Of a stretch of DNA of 64,000 nucleotides, positions 1 to 15,422 are shown in pieces (within the stretch, counting starts at the first letter, position 1; every line of letters starts with the position of its first letter). The notes under the pieces were generated by a model. That model did not search any database and was not told the origin of the DNA. It saw only the letters and a list, made by a program, of their open reading frames with translations. The stretch comes from the human T2T-CHM13v2.0 reference genome, Homo sapiens: NCBI RefSeq assembly GCF_009914755.1, contig NC_060935.1, one strand, 5' to 3'. The position numbers and the translations under genes are program-made.

Positions 1-336
<336 letters not shown>

Positions 337-474
337 TCATCTCTTGAAAAATAATTGCCATTACAAAGGATGGCAAGGACTTCGTATTTCAGCATCATAT
401 ATCAGAAGAAAAAGAATTTTCAGCTAGAGCGCTTAAGCATTGTCTTAGCTTTACACATAAGAATATCTACTTTG

Positions 475-760
475 GGCCAGGTATGGTGGCTCATGCTTGT
501 AATCCTAGCACTTTGGGAGACCGAGGCAGATGGATCACTTGAGCCCAGGAGTTCAAGACCAACCTGAGCAACATGATGAAACCTCATCTCTACTAAAAAT
601 GCAAAAAAATCCTAGCTGGGTGTGGTGATTCACACCTCTAGTCCCAATTACTTAGGAGGCTGAGGTGGGAGGATTGATTCCCAGGAGGTCAAGGCCACAG
701 TGAGCTGAGATTGCACCACTGCACTCCAGCCTGGGTGACAGAGACCGTGTCTCAAAAAAA
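475..760 (+). mobile_element. AluJ
   Basis: Dimeric Alu with J-type cacttgagcccaggag and ggtcaaggc; TSD aagaatatctacttt / aagagtatctgctttt. Confidence 0.88.
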
Positions 761-774
761 GAGTATCTGCTTTT

Positions 775-847
775 GATCACACAATATATCCTTGTAACAA
801 ATCTGCATGTGTACCCCCTGAATCTAAAAGTTTAAACTAAAACAAAA
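775..847 (+). mobile_element. Very short L1 3'-end fragment (L1PB/old L1PA type)
   Basis: tgtaacaaatctgcatgtgtaccccctgaatctaaaa resembles the L1 3' terminus; A-rich tail; flanked by TSD copies. Confidence 0.75.
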
Positions 848-2481
848 AAGAATATCTGCTTTTATTGATACCTATATGCAAAGAGTGTCTTATTCTTTAT
901 TCCTAGTCTTCACAATAACCTTTCAGGTTTTTGTTATTATCCTCATTTTACAGGTGAGGAAACAGGTATAGAATATTTTGGTGGATGAGGAATTTTTAAA
1001 AAATAATTGAAACATCTGCATGGACCATTTTTGGTATTTTTTTTTCTCCTTCATGTTATAAAAAGATAAATTACAAACAAGATTTGTGACCATTTTAGGG
1101 ATGTATACTATTAAAATAAGCCCTAAACAAAAGAATAGACTGAGTTTTGGCTGTTTTTTCTTTCAAATGTACCTGGAAGTATGTAAGATTTCCCAAATGC
1201 CTAATAGTAAACGAGCTTTTGGGTATTGGGGCATTTGCCACTTATAGGTCAAGCCCCTGCACTGAGTGTTGAAATAAAGCCTAATTAGAAGAGAAAGTGA
1301 GAGAAACAATGTCTACATTTTTAATACACTAATTGTGGTGGTCACTCTATACAAAGTTTGCTGAACTATGACCACTAAGCTAACCGGGAAGAGGAAATTA
1401 CTTTGTATAACCAAGCCAAAAAATTTTTTTTTAGATTTAGTTCATAATGTCACTTAAGATTCTTCTGAAAGGCTTGTGAACCTTTGCCTTCTTTTAATAA
1501 GCCTTCATAATGACAAGGTCCCCTGAGAATGAAATCATCTGAACGGAATGTGCCTGTGTCTTAAAATCTGATAAACATCACTTCATGTTATTCAGGAGAT
1601 CAAAAGAGACTTAAAACACGTAAATGTTACTTTCAGGTTATTATAACCAAGGAAGCCTGTGGCCCAGCTATCAAAATAACTTAGCTTTAGCAAGTTCTAA
1701 GCAGTGGGCTTAGCCAGGTTGGTTAGTGCTGCCTTAGGACTGACCGCACTGTCTTTTGAGTTGACCTGTAACTTTCAATGTAGAATGTAAGTGCTTCATC
1801 TCTGAGGCACATTTATGTGTCCCTTAGCTCCTGACACTAATTCATCATTTGCTTTATAGTAATTCCACTCAGACATCATCATCAAGCCCCAGTGGAGGCT
1901 ACTAAATGATGTGAGTGGATATATTTCCTAATCAGTGACATTAGTTTATATCTCCTTATTAAGATACCCATTAAATTCATACCAGGAGAGATAACATGAA
2001 CGCTAATGCACTTTACATCTTCCATCAGTGCTTTCTTATTTATTTCTATAAAGGCGGTATTAATATCTGAATTTAAGAGTCCAAGAGAATGTACCGCTTT
2101 TATTAATGGTCTAAGATCTTTTATTTTGTTAAGAAATGGAAGATGTGAAAAGCAAAGACATTTATTATCATGTTGTCATTTTTATTCTCTTTCCCTGCCT
2201 AGAACATAGCCATTAAAATATACATACTATCATTTATTTTTAAAGTTGTTAATATATTTTATATACTTTTTCCAATAAAATGTATGATCCGAGTTTTCCT
2301 GTATTTTATCTTTATAAGTTATCTTATTTTTCTCATTTTAGTCTGAAACTCAGAATATATATAGTGTTTTGTGGACGTTTTGGATATACCAGCCAAAAAG
2401 TATTAATTGAATATACTATACTAGGCTCTGGGTGGTGGTGGAGGGAAACAGAAGAAGTTGCTTTATGTGACAAATAGTTCA

Positions 2482-2888
<407 letters not shown>

Positions 2889-3096
2889 TTATTATATCCT
2901 TTTGAGACATTTGGCAAAGTTACTAATGTGATTTATCATTTGAGGAATCCATAAATTACTGTGTTCAGGAACTATAGCAACATCATGGCAATGTGGTCCC
3001 CTTTGTTTGGCTCTGGCTTTTTGCTGTTATTGCTTTCTCAGAACTGATAACTTTTTTTAACAATTAAAGTATAAATTGTGCTGGGATTGTCTGTGT

Positions 3097-3225
3097 CAGT
3101 GCTCGTCAAAGTGTGATCCACAGGCCAGCAGGCAGTCTGTAGTCCATAGAGCTTGTTGTCAGTCTGCAGTAAGATAAGGAAATTGTACCAAATGTGAATC
3201 AATTGTGTCACCAAACACACTACTT
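3097..3225. mobile_element. hAT-Charlie-type DNA transposon remnant
   Basis: Begins cagtgctcgtcaaagtgtgatcc, similar to Charlie/MER5 termini. Confidence 0.45.
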
Positions 3226-5581
3226 AGTTCAGATGCAAATTTTTCTTTTGTATCAAGACATTCTGGATGAAGGAAGCAGGGCATTTATTTATATTCTCTC
3301 ACTAGCTTCTTTGTTACATACTGGCACTTTAGCCTTGGAGTTTAGGCAAATATAAAAAGCAGAATATAATATCCTTTTAAAAATCAGATTTTCTTTTTCA
3401 CCTTGCAGGGACTTTATTATATATACATCTGCTTGTCTGCTACAGGGGAAACCACTCTAAGCTGGGCATTGGCAAATCACATTACTTATGTCAGTGGAAG
3501 GCACATTTAGCATTTTTCAGCATTAGGTCTTGTGATCAAGGTAAGCAGGTTTGTCATTGTCATATTTCCACGTCCTTTTCCATGTGTGTTTTTCACAACT
3601 CATCTATCAGCTTGTATTTCTGGAGCTCTTTCTACATGTCAGACACCCCATGCCTGCTGACACCCAGTGCCCTCATTCTACTCTGTTAAAGCCATGAGCC
3701 CTGAAGTTGGTGCACCACCAAAATCCACTTTCCCTCCCAGTTCCATAGTATGCAAAGTTCCATTCCCTCAGTAAGCAGATAGCTGACTAACTGAAGGGAA
3801 AACAACCTGCTTTAAATAAGTAACACGGGTAATTCACCTTCTGCTTACATATTTGTAATTTAAAATTCGGGCCTGTTAATGGAACTATATAAGACATATT
3901 TTTGAACCATGGATGCCCTCGCTTAATCATGAACTTAAATCTTTCTTTAGTTTTTTCCATCATGTATTCTAGAAAGATTTGTCTTTACACATCTGTAAAG
4001 CTGCTCACTCCTGCCCTAAAGTGGGTATTGGATTTTCCCACAACCTTTTACTTTGTTTGGTAACCTTCTTGCATGGAATAACCTTGGACAGGGAGACATG
4101 AATCCAGGAAACCAATCAGAACTATTCTTCGTATGTTTAAGGATTTAAAGTATTGGCTGTATTTTGTTTTCAGTTGTAAGTATCCTTTCATATTTGAAAT
4201 TAATTAGATAGAGATTTGGTCTATTTTTTAATGTGTTCCCAGATCTTTGATGGCTTGTTAACATGATGTAGTAGACTAGGAACTTCTAGTTTTGCTTTCA
4301 TACTTTTAAAAACTAAAGTGCATGTTTCATAAAATTAAAGTGCCTCAAGAGTCAGCTAATATAAAGTAATATTTTACCAAGGTCATAAGTGATTTAATAT
4401 GAAAGATCATATTTTATCATAAGCATAACAGACTTAACAAAATCTAGACAGACAAATTGCTAGTTTAGAAATGATCTGAACTTATTTTTCCCAAAAAAAC
4501 AAAGACCCGCAAGACTGTGTATATATGGCAACAGGCATTATTTCATTGATCCCCAAGGCTGTGGATCTAGCAGCAGCTATTATAACATGCTTTGTTTTCA
4601 TTATTGCAATGCTTAGTTAGTCATCTGAATTCTAGCTGTTGCTGTTTATAGCAAGAAATAGCATCCCAGCTGAGGCAGCACAGCTAGTCATACCTTTTTA
4701 TTGATGTAATTTAACTTATTTTGTTTCCTTTCCTAGTGTCTAACATTTTGTGAAGCCCTAACATAAATTATTGGCTTGTATAACCCACTGCATCAACTTC
4801 ACTTGGAGATTTGCTGCCTATGCAGTTCCTTAATTTTCAAGTGTGAGAGATTTATTTTTCCTCAGTGAGTCCTAATGTTTCTACATGCGCACACACATAC
4901 ATGTGCTTGTGAATGTGTGTGTAGGTACATAGGAATGCCAGTGAGAAAGTCAAACATATTCTTGGTTAATTCCTGCATGATATTCTGGAGAAGTATTTAC
5001 AATTACAGATATGAGTTGCCATGTTCTAAAATTGACCGGTGAGCAGTATGGTAGGTAGTGTTTTTAAATTTTGTCCCTACTTTGTTTTCTTTTCCTTAGA
5101 GACTCTGACTAATTAGGACTCTGCACGCTTCATGTCCTCAGTGAATACTTATTGACTGCATCACAGACCAATTGATTTATCATACACCAATGTAAATGGC
5201 TAAAATACTGCCACAGATGATAATCATAATTACTGTGTGTCAGACAAGGCACTTCAGTCCTCATAGCATGAGGACTGTAATATAGATGGAATTCTCCCTG
5301 GTTTACAAATGAGAACTTCGAAGCTCGGAAAAATTAAACAAATTGCCCTTGTTATACAGCTTTATAAATGAAGGATCAAGATACTTTATCAAAGTATTTT
5401 TATGTGTATTATTTCCTTTGATCCTTATAGCATTCCTTAAGGTGGACAGAACAAGTCCTTCTCTATTCCCATTTTAGAACTGAGTAAAGAGGTTTAGTAA
5501 TTTACCCATGGTTACTACAGCGGGCCTGATTGTCAGGACTATCCTCTGAACCCTGATACTACTTGGCATTTGTAAGCGTTT

Positions 5582-5907
5582 AGTTGTTTTGGTTTTTTGT
5601 TTTGTTTTGTTTTGTTTTTGAGACAAGATCTCACTCTGTTGCTCAGACTGGAGCGCAGTGGTGCAATCACAGCTCACTGCAGCCTAGACCTCCCTGGGGT
5701 CAGGTGATCTTCCCAGTAGCTCCCTGGGGTCAGGTGGCTACTCCTAGCCTCTCGAGTAGCCAGGACTACAGGCATATGCCACCACACCTGGCTGATTTTT
5801 ATATGGTTTTTTGAGTCAGAGTTTTGCCACGTTGCCCAGGCTGGTCTCAAACTTATGGGCTCAAGCGATAGTGATGGGATTACAGGCATGAGCCACCACA
5901 TCCAGCC
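5582..5907 (-). mobile_element. AluJ with internal rearrangement
   Basis: (TTTTG)n tail, reverse Alu body, 17-bp internal duplication and a left-arm deletion. Confidence 0.88.
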
Positions 5908-6109
5908 CCATTTGTGAAAATTCATAAGCCAGTAATGACATCAGTGATACCATTATAGCGCCCCTATAGTAGTTTCCATTGGCTGATTTTTGTCACTTAA
6001 GTAATTCTTCATTGCCTCTACTAAGGTAGAGTCCTGCTGAAATACTTGGCATTTAGGTAAGCACTTTTATAATGAGAAAAACGAGGACGAGGGGTGGGAA
6101 GTTTGCAAA

Positions 6110-6740
6110 TCTGTTATGTCCACCCCTGCTTAAAACCTTGTCATCGTTTTCCATAGGCTACCTTCCCCCAAATCCCATCTTCTCCTATGCCACCCCCAAC
6201 CCCCACTTCCGCCCACCCGCGCCCCCTCCCCCGCCTTGCAACAAGACTCTTTTGCATGGCAAAGTCTTCACATGATCTATCTGTCTTCTCTCTCACGTTT
6301 CAGCCTCAACTCCTGCAACCACTTACCCCAAAACCTCCGCCACTGGCCCTTTATGCCAGGAAAGCTGAACATCACTGAAAGGCCCATCTTCTGCTTTTGC
6401 TTTTATATTCCCTTTGCCTGAAATTTCCTTCCCCTTTTGTCCATGTGGTAAACTCCCACTCATTCTCCAGGATCCAACCAGGCCAACTTCTCTTCTGTGA
6501 AGCCTTTCTTTGCCCTCCTGAACAGAGTTATCACCCATCTTCTATTCTTCCTGCTCACCTTGTTTTAAAAAACAAGTAATCGATCAAATATGTGAATATT
6601 CTTACATTTCTGTTGTTATTTTGCATGTATGTCTCCCCTACTAAATTAATAAGTTCCTTAAGGGCCAGAGACTGAGGTTCATTCATCTCTTTATCCAGAC
6701 ACAGTAGCTAGCACATAACATGGACTCAGGAAAGGTTTGC
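6110..6740 (+). mobile_element. L2 remnant
   Basis: L2 3'-region motifs (cctgcttaaaacctt..., aagttccttaagggccagagact...tctttatcc...agcacata). Confidence 0.55.
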
Positions 6741-7588
6741 ACATGCATGATAGACTGAACCAGTGACCTTCCTGCATGGACTAAAAACTTAAGAACTCAT
6801 CTCTGAAAGGAATAGCCTTCCATTTAAAAGGCAAAGGGAGTTCACATTTGTATCAAATGAAATTACAGTCTTACTTATAGATATGCCTGGCTTTGCTTGT
6901 GTCTAGGAAGATAATGCAGGGCTTTGAGAAGTGGGGTGAGATTAAGGAGAAATTATACAGTAAGCGAACATTTTCCCCAAAATATATGCCTGTGGTAATA
7001 AGTTGTTATATGTTGAGTGACTTTTTCTCTTCTAGTCAGAGAGCTGACAAATATTTTCAAAGTGTTATAGTGTTTTCTAAGTGTTATTCTTTCACTGACA
7101 ATTTTATTTAATAATTTTAGATACAGTAGTGGCTCTAGAGCTAACTGAATTACTGGCTTATATGTAATTCAGCTAGTATATTCATATTGACAGTATAGGA
7201 GAGATGATTACCAGCTCACAAAGAATGCATGACGCGATGCCATTTGAAGAATTGAAAATGGAAGGAAGGGGGTATGTGAATTTAGATAACTCAACCCTAG
7301 AGTTCTGGCCTATTAGCCCTTTGGTTTTAGTTTTATAAAATTATACATGCTGTTAAAGAGTCAAATAGATCCTTAAGGCTAATTGTGAGAAACAGTATTT
7401 CTGCTTGTTTCCCAGAGGTAACGACTTTCAACAATCTTAGCAGATTATGTTACTACTTGCCTCTAAATAATTTGATAATGTTGATGCTTCTTGGATTTTG
7501 TTCGATTTCTTCTGATTTCTTCAGTAGGAGATGAGACTTTAGTTCCCTTTCACACATTCATATCCCCTTTCTGTTCCCCCATTCTACC

Positions 7589-8311
7589 TGAGAAATAAAA
7601 ATAAATTCCTAAGCCTCCCAACCAACTGAACATACCCCGTTTTGGCCAGAAGGACCCTGGAGAAACCCTAAAAACTGAGTTTCCAGCTGTGATGGGATAG
7701 GAAGTTGGACCTGCCTTATTCTACCTCCGCCCTCGCTAGCCACCATTCGGTGTTCTTTCCCAAGGGCTAAATGGAAACCAGCCCTTTAGAAAGACTTCCT
7801 GCACCTCTGATTTCAACCAATCTCCTGACTGCACCTCCATTTTTATGTTTCAAATGCAGCAACTGGTCAGCATTTCTTCCTGATAAGAGACCACACTGAC
7901 TGTGGAGTGGTTCTGCCAGTCTACAGAGGCTGTGCACAGAGGCCTTTCATGTCCTCGCTTTACCTTTTGATGTACAGGGCCTACTTGTAATACATTTAAA
8001 TGTTAAGTCTCTACCCCAAAGTGAGCATGGTGTGCAGACTGTATACATATTAGCCTACTACGCCTGCTTGTGCTTCCCCTTCATGAATATTCATAACTCC
8101 TCCTATAACCTGTTGAATGTATATACTTAGCCAACCCACTCAGCATAAATTCCCATTCCCTTTAACCCTCCCTGGCAGTGCCTATTTCCAGCTTCTGGCC
8201 AGAGGCTATCCTTCCCAGTCTGTCAGAATGGCTACCTGCAGGCTGCAACCCTTTATGAGAAATAAAGCTCTCCTTTCCAGACTTAGGAACCTTGTCATTC
8301 TTCAGTTGACC
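7589..8311 (+). mobile_element. Solo ERV1 LTR, MER39-like
   Basis: Starts TGAGAAATAAAAATAAATTCCTAAGCC, ends ...cttcagttgac(c); AATAAA at 8261-8266; 4-bp TSD tacc (7585-7588, 8312-8315). Confidence 0.8.
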
Positions 8312-8315
8312 TACC

Positions 8316-9552
8316 GTTATAGGTTTTCAAATTACTTTGTCTATATAAATACCACTCAGATAAGCCATGTAGTATACTGTGATTACTTTTTTTCCCCTAA
8401 TGTTTTTTATTTCCTTTGGAGCTTATTTTCTTATTTTTTCTTTGATTAGTTTTCAGTGTGCTTATAACTAATTTCATCCTAAATTCTCTACCAGTTATCT
8501 AATCACCTCTCAAGATATTCAGACATGTTAGATATACAATAAATTACATATCGGGTATTCACACAATTTCATCTTTGGGAGAAATCTCTCCTAGAACTTC
8601 TGATCTGCTGCAGTCTGTCATATTGTTTTCTATGGCTTTACCATAATCCTAGGGATTTCCATAATTTCTCTTATGTTGAAACCTCTATTTTCTAGATAAA
8701 TCCTCACAAAGAATGCATGACATGATGTCTTCCTCTTTCTCAGTGTTCTCCCTTGTTTTGTTGGAGCATATCCTTCTATAGCTTCCTAAGAAAGCATGCA
8801 TGGAGATAAATTTTTGAGACCTTGTAAATCTGAAAATTATCTTTATTCTTCTCTGACTGAAATGGAATGTTAGGCTGGAAACAATTTTCCTTAAGATTTT
8901 GAAATCATTGTTCTATTATATTTTAGCTTCCAGTGTTACTGAAAAATCTAGAGATATTTGATTCCCCCTTTTTGTATGTGAAATATTATTTACTTATTTT
9001 GCTTTGCCTTGCTTTTTATTTTTAGAAATTTGTAGGAACTGTATTTGTGCCCAATGTTCTGAAATCTCAGACTGATAAGTCTGTTTTTATCTGTTGTGCT
9101 CGGCACTCAATGGATCTTTTTAACCCAAAAGCTCAAATCATTAAGTTCTGGGAAAATTCCTTGAATTACTTCATTAATGGTTTACTCCCTTTTATTTTTT
9201 TTTATATCTCTTCCTGGACTACTATCGTTTAGATATTAGGTTTCCTGTACTGCTCCTGTAATTTTCTTACTTCTTCTCTCCTGTTTTCTATCTCTTTGTC
9301 TTTTTGTTCTACCTCTGGAGAGATTTGCTTACCTTCATCTTCTTGCCCTTGTGTTTTTCATTTTGGCTTTCATATTTTTAATTTCTAAGAGTTCTTTTTC
9401 TCTGAATAGCATCTTATTGTTCTATGTGTGTAATATCTTCTCTTTTCCACTTGAGCATATTAATGATTTTTGAAATTTTTATTGTTGTTTTTGTTTTGGA
9501 CTTGATATATCATTTGTATTAGAAGCTTTTCTTAGAAGTTTGGAGATACCCG
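8316..9552 (-). mobile_element. Old L1M (L1ME-like) remnant; continues ~12504-13150 beyond the L1PA
   Basis: T-rich degenerate antisense L1 5'/ORF1-type sequence. Confidence 0.55.
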
Positions 9553-9569
9553 ATTGTATATTTGTTTTT

Positions 9570-12515
<2,946 letters not shown>

Positions 12516-13215
12516 CTAGAAAATTAATTGGAAGCTTGGAGCATGTGGACAGGGATTATCAACTGTGGAGTTCACTAGAGTGTAATTTGGCTGGGCTCTT
12601 TCTCATTAGGGAACACCTGACATCATTCTATTTAGGTCTTTCCTCTTCAGCTTGTCAAGGATGTTCCAGTCATCCCGCTTTAAAGTACAAGCCGATTGCT
12701 TGTTTTCTGGAAGCAGAGTTGGGAAAGAGGACTGAAGGTTTTGGCACTTAGTATGCGTATGTTCACTTAATCACCTTGTTTTCAGTAAAGTGCCTTTGCC
12801 CTTAATTGTACCTGACGGTTCCCTCTCCAAGGAATAAAATTCTAGTGTATTTGTCAGGATGGAAAAAGAACTGTTGCCTGGCTCACGGAGTTTGAAAGGA
12901 AATCTGGGGATATAATTGTATAACAGATTTTCAACCGGTCTTCCTATTCCCCAACTTTACTGCCAATTCCAGAAGTACCTAGGGCCACCAGTTCTTGAGC
13001 CTTTGTGGATTCTCAGATTGCCTCTCAACTTTCCCTACTTCTGGCTTGGAATTCAACTTTTTCAATTCTGCTAAATTTGTTACCACTTATCTATCTGCTT
13101 TTTAGCTTGCAAAACATTGTTGCAGTTATATATTTTCCTATTCTTTGTCTTTGTTAAGCTAATTAAGCCATTAAAAAAGCATGTTATTAAATTTACATAT
13201 GTAAAAAAATTTGTG

Positions 13216-13295
13216 ATATAAATATATGTCTCATATATCATATATTCATATATAAATATATGTCTTATATATCATATATTCATATATAAATATAT
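13216..13295. repeat. AT-rich 34-bp tandem repeat (~2.4 copies)
   Basis: atataaatatatgtct(c/t)atatatcatatattcat x2 plus a partial third copy. Confidence 0.85.
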
Positions 13296-13312
13296 ATTTT
13301 TTAATCCCTTGG

Positions 13313-13619
13313 AGCTGGGTGTGGTATCTCTTGCCTGTAATCCCAATGCTTTGGGAGGCCAAAGTGAAAAGATCATTTGAGGCCAGGAGTTTGAGACCAG
13401 CTCGGGCAACATAGTGAGACCCTATCTCTATAAAATATTTTTTAAAAATTAGCTGGGCATGGTGGTGCCCACCTGTAGTTCTGGCTACTTGGGAAGCTGA
13501 GGTGGCAAGATTGCTTGAGCCCAATAGTTTAAGGTTGCAGTGAGCTGTGATTACGCCACTGCACTCCAGCCTGGGCAACAGGGCAAGACTCTGTCTCAAA
13601 AAAAAAAAAAAAAAAAAAA
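13313..13619 (+). mobile_element. AluJ
   Basis: J-type dimer with long A tail; degenerate TSD aatcccttgga / aagcccttaga. Confidence 0.88.
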
Positions 13620-13999
13620 GCCCTTAGAGGGAGATGCCACCTCTGCTTTTACTGAGTAGCTCCTATCAGATCAACTCTCCCACAGATTAAAAACTGTAAA
13701 CAAAAATATAATAAAACAATTATATAAAGGCAGTAGAGAATGACCAGGGGAGAGTCAAACCTGGAAGCAGAGGGTAGCACTTGCTAAGTGTCATTTGTGT
13801 AGCTTGTAGCCTGAGGGCAGGCCCCAGTCAGAACCATGCAAGGCAGCTAAGATTCTTGTAGACACTCATAGTCTCTCTGGCTTGAAAAACCAGAAAACAA
13901 AATAAGGAGACACAAAACAAAGATTCACTGGGGAAACCAAGGATCCCTTCTATGTTGAAATTTATTTAACATGGCTTTTTTGTGGCTTAATAGGATAGA

Positions 14000-14420
14000 G
14001 AATAAAATTGTAACAGAAGTTATTGATAAGCCTGAAAAAATGTATGTTAAATATAAAATTATTCTAGATAAGTTAAAAACGTAAGAGTACGTCCAAGGGA
14101 AGGAGATAGCTGTCTTTATATTTGGAGGACTGTCAGGGAGAAGGAAAAAAATTAAACCTTGCTGAGGGACCAACTTAATACAAATAGCTAGAAAGGATAA
14201 ATTTTTAGCTCACATGAGAAATAACTTTGTTTAACAGATAGAGCTGCCCAACAATGGAATGGAAAGCCTGGGCTAAATTAAGTGTCTAAGTCACTGAAGG
14301 TGTGTGTGCGTGCTAAAGTGAGGTCACAGTCAAGGATGCTGTAGAAAAGGAGTCTGCTCTGTGGAACCGTAAAACCCGAATGCCTTTTAAGTTATGCTCT
14401 ACTCCATAGAATTCTGTGCC
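14000..14420 (+). mobile_element. L3/CR1 remnant
   Basis: gatagctgtctttatatttggaggactgtca...agagctgcccaacaatggaat...tcactgaaggtg resemble the CR1/L3 3' region. Confidence 0.5.
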
Positions 14421-14464
14421 TAACCAGGCCTCTTGCTGTCATCTGGGTGGAAATCTTGCATCAG

Positions 14465-14575
14465 ATTTTGCCACCAGAGCCTGTTCCACAAGCAAATACC
14501 CTGAGGCGCCCCTTCCTTGAGTCAGCAGTTTCAGCTGGGACCTTAACCCGGGATTTGGAAGTCCTGTTGAATGCA
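14465..14575 (+). CDS. UVRAG: Candidate in-frame alternative cassette exon of UVRAG (37 aa)
   Basis: Branch-like CCTAAC 14419-14424, AG-free zone, acceptor cttgcatcag|, 111 nt open in phase 0 (ILPPEPVPQANTLRRPFLESAVSAGTLTRDLEVLLNA), donor GCA|gtgaga. Confidence 0.4.
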
Positions 14576-14959
14576 GTGAGACAGGCCTCATCCAAATGAA
14601 GCCTTTGCTGCTGCTCCAAGGACCTCAAGGGCATCCTCGCCCAAACTGAGGCCTCCAGACATGTTGAGGCAGAGCTTGTTAGCCCCTTGCAAACTTCCTG
14701 GTAGCCATAGCACTCTTTCCTTCTCCTTCCCTTAACTGAAGCGTGCAACCCCTTCTGTTAGAGGCTTGTTTTCTGGCACTCCGCAAGTGCAAGATGGTGA
14801 TGGAGGTGGAGAGTAGAATAGGAAGTTTCTCCATGTCTCCAGAACATTGCGTTTCCCTCCTTGTGTAAAACCATCATCCTTCTTTGAGCCTGTATAACTG
14901 CTCGACCCTCTGTCACACCTCGTCACTGTCATCAGGCATGCTCATGACTTCTCTGGGGC

Positions 14960-15422
14960 ACCTGGAATTCAGAACCTTGCTTAAAATTTTCCTCTCTAGG
15001 CTGCTGCTCCTCTAGTAACCTACATTACTCTCTCTCCTCCCTGTCTCCACCAGGCCACACCACGTGCTGTTTCTCACGTTCTCTCGTGCTTCTGGGGATT
15101 TGCACATGCAGTTTCCTCTCTCTGGAATACTGTGCCTCCCTGCCCTTTCACTCACTGAAATCCAGCTAGTATGCCACAGTCCAGACAGGTTATCACTTCT
15201 TTTCTGAACCTTCTAGTCTCACTGAGACTTAGGTGTTCCTTCTCTGCGTTCCTGTATATTCCTCTGATGTGGTCCTTACTCATTTTTAATGTGTTCTTTA
15301 CTCGTTTTTACTGTACTTATGTTTCTGATTTTTAAATGTCTTTCTATTATATTATGGAACTGCCTCTTCCTTATCTTTGTTACCTCATAGAAGGGGTTCA
15401 ATATCTATTGATTGAATGAATA
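14960..15422 (+). mobile_element. L2 remnant
   Basis: tttgcacatgcagtttcctctctctggaatac...; ends caatatctattgattgaatgaat (L2 tail). Confidence 0.6.

Noticed and set aside
4737-4864. Pseudo-exon (tttcctag| ... TCA|gtgagt)
   Set aside because: 128 nt, early stop, AT-rich interior; such pairs are common by chance in long introns.
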